DNA of 55,165 nucleotides, from positions 1-55,165 of the IMG/VR virus record IMGVR_UViG_3300033144_001879, one strand, 5' to 3'. This document shows positions 26,846-36,300 of the stretch, one piece after another. A program made the translations under genes and the position numbers. Numbering within the stretch: position 1 is the first letter of the stretch; every line of letters starts with the position of its first letter. The notes beneath the pieces are model-generated. The model saw nothing but the letters and a program-made list of their open reading frames with translations. It was not told the origin of the DNA and searched no databases. Source of the stretch: a virus. Lineage: Duplodnaviria > Caudoviricetes.

Positions 26846-27352
26846 ATGTCGATTACAATTCCGCCGAGCGTTTCCGCCGACTCATATGTCGCGCTTGCCG
26901 TTGCCGACGCTTACCACGCGACGCGGCTCAATGTAGATTTGTGGGACAGTGCGAACGAAGAAACGAAAGAGTCCGCGCTCAAGATGGCGACGCGTCGACT
27001 CGAAGCCGAAAATTGGAAAGGGTTGAAAACGCATTCGCTTGCGTCGAATATTCTTCGTTGGCCGCGTTCCGATTTGTACAACGACGACGGTCAAATCGAA
27101 AGCTCGACGACGGTTCCGATTGCGGTTCAACACGCGACCGCCGAGCTTGCTCTCGAAATGCTCAAGGCGGCGGCGGACGAATTGGCCGGCGCACAATCGA
27201 AGACTTCGGAGATTCAAGTCGGACCGGTGAAGCTCAAACTCGACACGGACCAAACGAACGCGACGTCGGTCGAGGAACTCTCCGGCGACGTCGAGAACTT
27301 GATCGCCCGATATAGAAATTCCACGGCGATGACGTCTCTCGTTCGAGCGTGA
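26846..27352 (+). CDS. Head-tail adaptor (DnaT_2-like family)
   Basis: ADSYV..A.ADAYH, LRWPR, VPIAVQHATAELAL. Confidence 0.8.
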   Translation: MSITIPPSVSADSYVALAVADAYHATRLNVDLWDSANEETKESALKMATRRLEAENWKGLKTHSLASNILRWPRSDLYNDDGQIESSTTVPIAVQHATAELALEMLKAAADELAGAQSKTSEIQVGPVKLKLDTDQTNATSVEELSGDVENLIARYRNSTAMTSLVRA

Positions 27353-27353
27353 A

Positions 27354-27734
27354 GTGAGTATTCAAGCGACAGTGCAAGCGGGAGTCGAAACGGCGTTCGC
27401 GTCGCTCGGTGATCTAGTTGCTTCGGTTTGGTTGGTTCGACAAGTTGCGGGCTCGTACAGTTCCGAAGAAGGCGAGATTACATTTCAAGACATCGAATTC
27501 GAATACGAAGCGATCATCGATGATTCGGAGCATACGGGCGAAGCACAATCGTCCGGGGCGACGGACGTCGAGAAAAGTACGTCGCTCGTTTACATGAAGC
27601 CGGCGAACGATGTCGGTCCGGTGCGCGGCGACGAGCTTCGAATCAATGAAGATCGTTTTCGCATTCTCAATGTAAATCCGATAAAGCCGAACGGCGTTGA
27701 TGTTCTGCTTTGGGAAGTTAAGATCTCGCGATGA
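27354..27734 (+). CDS. Head-closure / stopper protein
   Basis: Synteny; PVRGDEL...ILNVNPIKPNG. Confidence 0.7.
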   Translation: MSIQATVQAGVETAFASLGDLVASVWLVRQVAGSYSSEEGEITFQDIEFEYEAIIDDSEHTGEAQSSGATDVEKSTSLVYMKPANDVGPVRGDELRINEDRFRILNVNPIKPNGVDVLLWEVKISR

Positions 27735-28153
27735 GTACATTCGCCGCACAAATAGCGGCCTTCGGAACGAAGGCGAAAGAGAAGCAAATTCAGGCTTTGA
27801 AGAAAGTCTCTTTCGAAATGTTCGGTCGCGTGATCATGCGCTCGCCGGTCGACAAAGGTCGGTTTCGTGGTAACTGGCAAGCGACGATCGGTCAACCGGC
27901 CGCCGGCGAAGTTGATGTCGTCGACGAGGGTCCGGTTAATGCCGGCGGATCGCTCTCGGGTTCGGGAGAAGCGGTCGCAAATATGGCGGTCGTTGTTTTG
28001 GGTGCGGACAATCCGACGCATTTCTATTTGACGAACACGCTTCCGTACGCGGCAAAACTTGAATACAAGCAACATTCCGACCAAGCGCCGGCGGGAATGG
28101 TACGAGTCACAGCGTCCGAGTTTGCCGGCGTCGTTGGGGAAATGGAATTATGA
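27731..28153 (+). CDS. HK97 gp10-like neck / tail-completion protein
   Basis: SPVDKGRFRGNW, NTLPYAAKLEY..SDQAPAGMVR. Confidence 0.85.
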   Translation: MSTFAAQIAAFGTKAKEKQIQALKKVSFEMFGRVIMRSPVDKGRFRGNWQATIGQPAAGEVDVVDEGPVNAGGSLSGSGEAVANMAVVVLGADNPTHFYLTNTLPYAAKLEYKQHSDQAPAGMVRVTASEFAGVVGEMEL

Positions 28154-28551
28154 TTTCATATGATGCAGCACGACGAGCGCTCGACGAAAGACTCGAAGCG
28201 TTTCAATCCGACGATGTGCAATGGGAAAATACGCAATACACTCCGGTTGAGGGAACGGGATATTTGCGATCGTTTCTTTTGCCGGCGGAACCGTTTCAAG
28301 CGTCGACCGGCGCGACCGGTCTCGATTATAATTCGGGGATTTATCAAATCGACGTCGCCGAACCGAAAGACGTCGGAGCCGGCGCGATTCAACGAAAGAT
28401 CGATTTGGTGATCGCGCAATTTGCTCGCGGGCTGAATGTCACGGCGGACGGTGTTACGCTCACTATATTACGGAGTTGGCCGGGACCGGCCTTCACTCGG
28501 GATTCGTTTTACATTATCCCGATTTCCGTTTCTTGGTACTCATACGAATAA
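28150..28551 (+). CDS. Tail terminator (DUF4128-like)
   Basis: VQWENT.YTP, GIYQIDV..P..G, FARG. Confidence 0.8.
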   Translation: MISYDAARRALDERLEAFQSDDVQWENTQYTPVEGTGYLRSFLLPAEPFQASTGATGLDYNSGIYQIDVAEPKDVGAGAIQRKIDLVIAQFARGLNVTADGVTLTILRSWPGPAFTRDSFYIIPISVSWYSYE

Positions 28552-28563
28552 AGGTAAAAGACA

Positions 28564-29469
28564 ATGACATTAGCGACAGGCGCACAAGCCGAACTCGGTT
28601 ACATCGAAGAAGTTGTGTATGGAACGACGCCGGCGACGCCGTCACTCGTTCAACTACCAATTTCCAGTTTCACGCCGGAACTTACGAAAGAAGGTTTTCA
28701 ATCGGGCGACTTGCGCTCCGATCGACAAATCGCTGATTATCGACACGGCGCACGACAAGCCGCGATCGGAATGGAATTCGAATTGAAGCACACCGAATTC
28801 GACGAGTTTCTCGAAGCGGCTCTCTGGGGTACTTGGGCGACCGACACTCTGAAGGCTTCGACCGATCGGAAGTTCTTCTCGATGGAAGCGGCGTATCGAG
28901 ACATCGCACAATTCCATCTGTACAAGGGAATGCTTGCAAACTCGTTCGGGTTATCTCTCGGCGTCGATGGCGTCGTCAAGTGTAATTTGGCGTTACTCGG
29001 TCAAGACATGGTGACGGCTCAAACGTCCGCCGATTCTGGTCCGTACGAAGTACCGAGCGCGGCTCGTTCGTTTGATTCCTTTACGGGAACAATCGACGAA
29101 GGCGGCGGCTCAATCGCCATCGTGACCGGGCTCGACTTTCAACTCGAAAACGGTTTGACGCCGGCGAAGGTTGTCGGCTCGGCAACGGTCGCGGATTTCT
29201 TCGACGGTCGATCGAATCTCACCGGAACCGTGAACGCGTTCTTCGAAGACGAATCGCTTCTCGATAAGTTCCTTGACGAGACTCCGAGCGACATCGAATT
29301 CGTTTTGACGGATCCCGATTCGGAGACGTTGACGTTTACGATCCCGCGCATAATCTACACTGGCGGCTCGGCTCCGGTTTCTGGCGAAGCCGGTATCGTG
29401 ATCGCTCTTCCGTTCCAAGCGACTTATGATTCGTCGGAAGATACGAATATTAAAATCGTCCGGTCGTAA
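28564..29469 (+). CDS. Major tail (tube) protein
   Basis: YIEEV.YGTTP, SGDLRSDRQ; synteny; no sheath gene present. Confidence 0.88.
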   Translation: MTLATGAQAELGYIEEVVYGTTPATPSLVQLPISSFTPELTKEGFQSGDLRSDRQIADYRHGARQAAIGMEFELKHTEFDEFLEAALWGTWATDTLKASTDRKFFSMEAAYRDIAQFHLYKGMLANSFGLSLGVDGVVKCNLALLGQDMVTAQTSADSGPYEVPSAARSFDSFTGTIDEGGGSIAIVTGLDFQLENGLTPAKVVGSATVADFFDGRSNLTGTVNAFFEDESLLDKFLDETPSDIEFVLTDPDSETLTFTIPRIIYTGGSAPVSGEAGIVIALPFQATYDSSEDTNIKIVRS

Positions 29470-29489
29470 GTTTGATCGGAAACAATAAC

Positions 29490-29511
29490 GGCCGCGTCGA
29501 GCGCGGCCTTT
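29490..29511 (+). terminator. Weak terminator hairpin after the tail tube gene
   Basis: GGCCGCG-TCGAG-CGCGGCC-TTT. Confidence 0.5.
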
Positions 29512-29523
29512 GAGGGCTAAAAC

Positions 29524-29928
29524 ATGAGCAACGATCTCGGCGCGTTTGAGACGCGCAACACAGACGGCGAATGGTTGGAAATTCTTAATCCGGTAACGGG
29601 TGACGTCATTCAAGACGACGACGGCAAAGCAATGCGCTTTCTTCTCGTCGGCAAAGATTCGCCCGAGTACCGGAAGGCGCAGCGCGCCGGAACCGAAAGG
29701 CGACTGAAATCGCGATCGAAGAAAAATCGAATCGATGCGGATTCAATCGAAAGAGAAGCGACCGAAGTTCTTGCGGCTTGCACGAAAGATTTCGAGAATG
29801 TTTCTCTCGACGGTGACGAGCTTATTTGTACGCCGATTAGCACCCGGAAAATTTACACGGACTATCCGTGGATTCGTGAACAGATCGACGACTTTGTCGA
29901 TGATCGCGGAAATTTTATCGAGGGTTAG
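29524..29928 (+). CDS. Tail assembly chaperone (gpG-like)
   Basis: Between tube and tape measure; GKDS..YR, YPWIREQID..V.DRGNF. Confidence 0.85.
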   Translation: MSNDLGAFETRNTDGEWLEILNPVTGDVIQDDDGKAMRFLLVGKDSPEYRKAQRAGTERRLKSRSKKNRIDADSIEREATEVLAACTKDFENVSLDGDELICTPISTRKIYTDYPWIREQIDDFVDDRGNFIEG

Positions 29929-30251
29929 TCGACGAGCTTGTCGAGTTTGCGACGGCGGAGTTCGTTCTCAGTGAGAACAACTTGCGACGTCAACTCGAAC
30001 ACGTCGAAGAGCAGACGGGAAAGCGGCCGCCGCAATTGGACAGCGGCGGCAATTGTCCCGAAGAGTTCGTTCACGTTTGGGACTGGTTTCTCGAATGTAG
30101 CGCGAGCCGGCAAAACGGGCAACCGTTAAGCCACACCGAGCTTGTAAGTTTTTTCGGTTTGTACGGCATCGAGCCTAGTTTTTTGGAACTCGAAGCAATG
30201 AAGCGCCTTGATCGCGAATACACTTTGCACAAGGTCAACTCGAAAAACTAA
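29910..30251 (+). CDS. Tail assembly chaperone -1 frameshift extension (gpGT-like)
   Basis: Slippery A-AAT-TTT at 29910-29916; the -1 frame is open through ORF 29982..30251. Confidence 0.75.
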   Translation, partial: KFYRGLVDELVEFATAEFVLSENNLRRQLEHVEEQTGKRPPQLDSGGNCPEEFVHVWDWFLECSASRQNGQPLSHTELVSFFGLYGIEPSFLELEAMKRLDREYTLHKVNSKN

Positions 30252-30260
30252 AGGGTCGGA

Positions 30261-32912
30261 ATGTCTACAGATCTTGCAACGCTCTCGCTTCGAATCGAGT
30301 CGCTCGAAACGGTTGTCGCCGGCAAGCGTCTTGATACATTGTCGGCGAAAGGAACGAAAGCCGCCGCGTCAATGGGTGTGATGTCGAAAGCTGCGAAGGC
30401 TCTCGGCGGAGTGTTGGCCGGTCTCTTTGCGTTCCGTGCGCTCGGTGGAATGTTTGCGAACATTTCGAAAACCGCGAGCAAGTTCGAGGCGTCGATCTCC
30501 GAGCTTGCGGCGATCACCGGAGCGGCCGGAAAGAATCTCGAATATTTAACGGCGAAGTCAAAAGAGTTCGGTCGAACGACAACGCTCTCGGCTTCACAAG
30601 CGGCCGAGGGTTTCAAACTTGTTGCAAGTGCGAAACCGGATCTTCTCGAAAACGCCGAGGCTCTCGCGAAAGTAACCGAGAACGCGATCGCTCTCGCGGA
30701 AGCGACGGGCTCGACGTTACCGGAAGCGGCCGAAACTCTCGGCTCCGCTTTGAATCAATTCGGCGCGGGCGCGGAAGAAGCGGATCGCTTTATAAACGTT
30801 CTCGCCGCCGGCGCACAACGCGGCGCGTCAATGGTTCGCGATACCGCCGAAGCTTTACGCTTTGCCGGCACGGTTGCCGCGAGCGTCGGCGCATCGTTTG
30901 AAGTTACGAATGCGGCGATTCAACAACTCTCGACGGTCGGCATCAAGGGAAGTGAAGCGGGTACGGCGCTTCGTAATATTTTCCTGAAGCTCGAAGGTCA
31001 AATGTCACAGCAATTCAAACCGTCTGTGGTTGGCTTTACTCAAGCGTTGAGAAATTTGCGTGATGCCGAAGAGGGTCAAATCGACACGTTGAAACTTTTC
31101 GGTCTTCGCTCCGTTGTCGCCGCGAACAACTTAATCGCTCAAGCCGATAACGTCGAGATCCTCGAAAAGAAGATCACGAAGACGTCGACGGCGTTCGAGC
31201 AACAAGCGACGAAGGTCGACAATCTCGAAGGGTCCATGAAGCAACTCGCAAGCGCAACCGAGGGATTAACGATTCGGCTCGGTGAGGGAATGGAACCGGC
31301 ACAACGAGCGAGCGTCGATTCTTTGACGAAGGCGGCGAACGCGTTTACGACTTACCTCGGCCGCGTCGAAGAGAGCGATCGCGCGACGTCGAAGTGGGGT
31401 TTCGTTGTGCAAGCAACCGTGAAGATCTTGTTTGCATGGTATATCGAATTTTTGGACTTGATCGATTTGATTAAGAAGTTCGGCGAGCATATTTCGATCA
31501 CCGGGCAAATGATCATGGTCTCGTTTCGCGACATGGGAGACGCGGCTTCGTCGTTCGGTCGATCAATCGTCGCGCTCGCGCAACTCGACTTCGACATGGT
31601 CGATCGAATCGCCGCCGCTCGGGAGACCGCGAAGCTTCAGGCCGAAGAAGAACTCAAGCTTTTGAGCGAACGACGCGTCGTCGTTAACTTGTCGCGCATT
31701 GCACAACGCGCCGAGGCCGAAGCTCAAATCGAGTTGTTCAATTCTCGTGTTGAATTCGGAGCGGTGCAAACGGATCTCGAAAACAATTCAATCGAACGTG
31801 CGCAAGTAAGTCTCGAATTGACAAAGGAACAAATCGCCGCCGAAGCCGCGAGAGCGCAAGCCGCCGAAGATGCGTTGACCGCCGACTCGCAAGCGGGAAT
31901 CGAAGACGTCGCGGACAAGTACGCGACCGACATCGAAGCGGCCGAGCAAAACGCGGCCGAGCAAAAAGCGATCCTTGCGGGGATTACCGCGTTTACGGTT
32001 GAGCAAGAAGAACTCAAGGCCGAGACGATTCGTCGTATCGATCAGGAACTCACCGATCTTAAATCCGAGGCGTTCGAGAAGATCGCGGATCAAGCTGCGA
32101 AAGAAACCGAAGTGGAGTTGAAGGCGATTCAAGATCGGCAAGACGTCATAACCGAATTTAAGATCATGGCGGCCGAGACCGAAACCGAGCGCGAGCAAAT
32201 TCGTTTCGAGGAACGTCTCGAACTCATCGAGGAACAAGCCGAAGAAGAAGCGATCGCGAAATCGTTGCTTGATGCGGCGATCGAGCAAGCGAGCGCCGAA
32301 CACGAAAAGAAATTGACGGACATCAAAGCGCGCGAACTGAAAGCTCGCAAGCGTCTCGAAGACATCGCGGCGAAGGGTAGCGTCGCAAATCAATTCGGAT
32401 ACATGGCGCAACTCACGAGCGGAGTCGCGCAACACTCGAAGAAGATGTTCAAAATAAACAAGATCGCGGCTATGGCTCAAGCGGCTATGAATATTCCGAG
32501 AGCGGCGTCGGATGCGTTTGCGGCGGCCGGAAACCCGATCGTCGGTGCGATATTTGCGGCGCTTGCGATCGCGGCGGAAGTTGCACAATTGAACGCGATT
32601 CGTTCGACGACATTCGAGGGCGGCGGCGGCGGAACCACACCGAGCGCCGCCGGCTCAATGCCGACTATAAACGGAACCCCGGTGAGTTCTCGCGGGCAGA
32701 ATGAAACAACCGGCGACTTTTTGAATCCGCCGTCGGCGGACGACGACGAGATCGGCGGCCGAACGCAAATCGTTGTGACCGGGAACGTTGGCTTCACTCC
32801 CGATATAATCGACGAGATCGCGGACGGTATTCGCGAAGCAACCGGCGACCGCGATGTCGTTCTCTTTGATGAAAACAGTCGACAAGCGCAAGACGTCGTG
32901 AGGGCGACTTAG
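30261..32912 (+). CDS. Tail tape measure protein (TP901-like core)
   Basis: TTLSASQAAEG, GIKGSEAGTALR, DNLEG; long helical protein. Confidence 0.92.
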   Translation: MSTDLATLSLRIESLETVVAGKRLDTLSAKGTKAAASMGVMSKAAKALGGVLAGLFAFRALGGMFANISKTASKFEASISELAAITGAAGKNLEYLTAKSKEFGRTTTLSASQAAEGFKLVASAKPDLLENAEALAKVTENAIALAEATGSTLPEAAETLGSALNQFGAGAEEADRFINVLAAGAQRGASMVRDTAEALRFAGTVAASVGASFEVTNAAIQQLSTVGIKGSEAGTALRNIFLKLEGQMSQQFKPSVVGFTQALRNLRDAEEGQIDTLKLFGLRSVVAANNLIAQADNVEILEKKITKTSTAFEQQATKVDNLEGSMKQLASATEGLTIRLGEGMEPAQRASVDSLTKAANAFTTYLGRVEESDRATSKWGFVVQATVKILFAWYIEFLDLIDLIKKFGEHISITGQMIMVSFRDMGDAASSFGRSIVALAQLDFDMVDRIAAARETAKLQAEEELKLLSERRVVVNLSRIAQRAEAEAQIELFNSRVEFGAVQTDLENNSIERAQVSLELTKEQIAAEAARAQAAEDALTADSQAGIEDVADKYATDIEAAEQNAAEQKAILAGITAFTVEQEELKAETIRRIDQELTDLKSEAFEKIADQAAKETEVELKAIQDRQDVITEFKIMAAETETEREQIRFEERLELIEEQAEEEAIAKSLLDAAIEQASAEHEKKLTDIKARELKARKRLEDIAAKGSVANQFGYMAQLTSGVAQHSKKMFKINKIAAMAQAAMNIPRAASDAFAAAGNPIVGAIFAALAIAAEVAQLNAIRSTTFEGGGGGTTPSAAGSMPTINGTPVSSRGQNETTGDFLNPPSADDDEIGGRTQIVVTGNVGFTPDIIDEIADGIREATGDRDVVLFDENSRQAQDVVRAT

Positions 32913-33311
32913 ATGGCAAGTACAACTTACCTCGCACAAAGATCTTTGAAGGGCGGCGTTGATCCCGACGACGAGATCGATTTCGATTTCGATATTTCGA
33001 GCGCGGATCGCAAGACGAAGCCGAAACGAAAAGATCATATCTCGCTCGACGGAAGTCAAGAATCCGTGCGCGAGCGAACCGATATTTTATATCGCATTAA
33101 AACGTTGCCAGTTATCGAAGCGAACTTCGACGACTTTCGCCAGTTCCTTGACTCGGTCGATGGCGGCGAAGCATTCGTCTTTGACGTTTACGGAACGATT
33201 GCGTCTCCGGTGGATCCGCAACCTTGCAAAATGCAGAGCAAGGGTTACACCGAGAAGCGCGTTTCGGATCTTTACCTTTCGGCTACGTTCATGGTTCGGA
33301 TTACGTCGTAA
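32913..33311 (+). CDS. Putative distal tail protein
   Basis: Immediately after tape measure; SLDGS...FLDSV.GGE.F.FD.YG. Confidence 0.7.
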   Translation: MASTTYLAQRSLKGGVDPDDEIDFDFDISSADRKTKPKRKDHISLDGSQESVRERTDILYRIKTLPVIEANFDDFRQFLDSVDGGEAFVFDVYGTIASPVDPQPCKMQSKGYTEKRVSDLYLSATFMVRITS

Positions 33312-36300
33312 ATGCGTTCGAACTCTGACAACTTTAACGAGTATAATTTCGCGGTCGCGAAAGAACTTCGGCTAGTTGTTCGGATCAATTTTCCGACGCC
33401 GATTTATCTCACGTCTCACTCGGGGATCTCCGGCATTCCGGCTAATCGAATCGATGGATGCCTGAAGAATGTTTCGAGTACGTCGCAACGGTTAAGCCCG
33501 GATCAAGGTCGCTCGACGATCGGTTCGATTTCATTCGACGCGCTAGATCTCGACGGAGAGATCACGACAGAATTCAGGGCGCAACAAGCCGCCGGCGAAG
33601 GTTTGGCCGGACGTCGGGTCATCCTGTATCGAGGCGGCGAAGGCATGGCATGGTCCGACTTCCGCGCCGAACAAACTCAGCAAATCGACGGAAGCGTCGC
33701 GTTTAATAAAGGCGTCTACAAAGTTCAGTGTGCCGACATTCAGCGCGCTATGCGGAAAGACATTTTCGACGTTGCGAAAACCGCGCTCGCCGCCGACTTT
33801 AATCAAGGCGCTTCGACGCTAAACGTTTTCGATACTTCCGAGTTCGAGGCTTGTACGCATAAGGCAAGCTTCGGTGATCAGCAATCCGGCTCGTATTATT
33901 ACGCGAAGATTAAATACGACAACGGCTTCGAAATTATCCGGGCAACTGGCAAGACGGCGGACTCATTTACGGGAGTAACTCGCGGCGTCTTCGGAACTAG
34001 TGACGTCGACCACGTTTTCCCGACTGGCGAAGACGACGATTCGAGCATCGAAATCGAGGAATATGTTTATCTCGAATTGCCCGCGCCGGCGTTAGCGTAT
34101 GCGCTTTTAACTGGCGACATTATTGGCGGCGGAACATTGCCGTCGAACTGGCATCTTGGCATCGATTCGGCGGACGTTGATCAACCTTCATTCGAGGATC
34201 TCGCCGAAGACTGGTTCGATTCGAGCGACTATTCGACCGGCCTGATTTTCCGCTTTCAGGGTGTCGGCAAAGAAGACGGAAAGCGTTTCATCGAGCGAGA
34301 AGTTTGCTTGCTTGCCGGCGCGTTCTTGCGAGTCGGAGCCGACGGCAATATCTACATAAAACAAATGACGGGAGTCATCGAGTCCGCCGATTACATTATC
34401 GAGCTTACGGAAAAAGAAATCGTGAAGTATGGCTCGGTTCGTCACTCACTCAATAAGCTTCGAAATATTTACGATGTCGAATGGGCGTTCGTCGATTTAC
34501 CGGGCGAAGATAAGCCGCGATTTGTTCGTCGGAATATTCTCGCCGACGCGACGTCGATCGCTATACACGGCGAGTCGAAACCGCTTGCTCTTAAATTCAA
34601 GGGATTGCACAACGAGCGCCACACCTATACGACGTTGATCAATCGGTTCGACGCGTTGCGCGATCGTTACGCGGGTCCGCCTATCGAAATGAACGTCGAT
34701 CTTTTACCGTCGACAAATGACATCGAGGTCGGCGATATTTGCCGGGTCGTTTTGGATGACGTGCGAGACTATGCCGGGACCGGTTCGCTTCGGCGCGCGT
34801 TTGAAGTTCAGCGAATTCGAGTCAATCAAAGAACCAACAAAGTGACCGCGACGTTATTCGGCTCGACGTTGAAGGCCGATCCAATTGTCGACATCGGAGC
34901 CGGCGTCAATTCGGAATTGCCGGATGGTTGGTATAGCTCGGCCGGAACCGACATGGACGGAGAACTGACGATCAACGGTTCCGGTGTCATGACGTCGAAT
35001 GGCTCGCTTACCGGCGGTACGACAACGCGAACGATTTATTATTATCTCGGCGACTTCACAATTCAAAACGGCGTGACGTTAACGACATCCGGTAACGTCG
35101 AGCTTCGCATTCGCGGACACTGTCAAATAAACGGAACGCTCAAATCCGAAGGCGGAATGCCGGCGGATACGAACGGGTTCCTCGGCGTCGGGCTCGGCGG
35201 AAACTTTGTCATGATTCGCGGGAGCGGCGAAGTTGTGTATTGGCGCGGACCGGCGACGGCGGATCATGGTCGCGAAGCGATGCCGATTTCCGAAATCGAA
35301 AATTTGGCCGGCGTCTTGACTGGTATTCGCTCGGATATGCGCGGGTGCGGTGGTGCGACCGGCGGCAAGGTCATGGAGTGGAACGGAAGTTCTTTCGTCG
35401 AAAAGGCGGCCGGCGGAAACGCCGGCGTCGGCGGTGGTTCGCCCGTTATCATTTCACGCGGCGCGGGTTACGGAGCCGGCGGCTCGACCGTTACGTCGGG
35501 AACCGACGGAAGTGTCGGCGCGAATTACGGCAACGAAGAAGCGGGCTCGGGCGGCGGCGGCGCACCCGGCGGCTTGCTCCATGTTCTCGACGGCTCGAAC
35601 GTCTCATTTCCAATTCTCGCCGGGAAGGTTGTCGCGGCATATGGAACGAGCCCGATCAAAAATAACAATCCGCTCACGCAAGGAAAGGCAAAAGCGGGAG
35701 ACCCGATAGATCTCGGTACGGCGGCGGCTCGTGTTGCGTATGTGCCGAAGAGTCGCGAGCCTTATCCCGATTACGTGAACGATGATCTCGGTCCGCAAGA
35801 CGGAGTCGACGGACAAGACGGCAACGACGGCAACGACGGCAACGACGGCGACCACGGCGATTCTGTCGACGTAATTTTTCAGCGATCGGCGACTCAACCG
35901 ACGACGCCGGATCCATCGGCCGGGGTTCCGGCGGGATGGTATGCGGATGTTGCAAGCGTTCCGGCGGCCGCGAATCCGTTGTGGTCTTCGTTCGGTACGA
36001 TACCGGGCGGCGGTTCGACTTATACATGGTTGACGCCGGTTCTTCTTGAGGCGTCGAATTCTCTTTACGTGCGCGGAACCGGTTACAACAACGCGTCGAA
36101 TCGAATCGTAAAGCTCGGCGGAGTAGATTTGAAAAATAGCGGCGGCATCGGGCTTTGTCTCACCGTTGTTCGCCGCGTTGACTTGGTCGAATTGTCATAT
36201 CACCGAGACGGTGGCGTCGGCGCGGACGCGAAGTCGCAAGTCTATAACACGTACTCAAGCGAAGACGATCGTCTCAAGCTACGCGATGCGCTTGTCGAAA

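Noticed and set aside
26846-27352. DnaT-like replication protein
   Set aside because: Position at the start of the neck genes indicates a head-tail adaptor despite the family name
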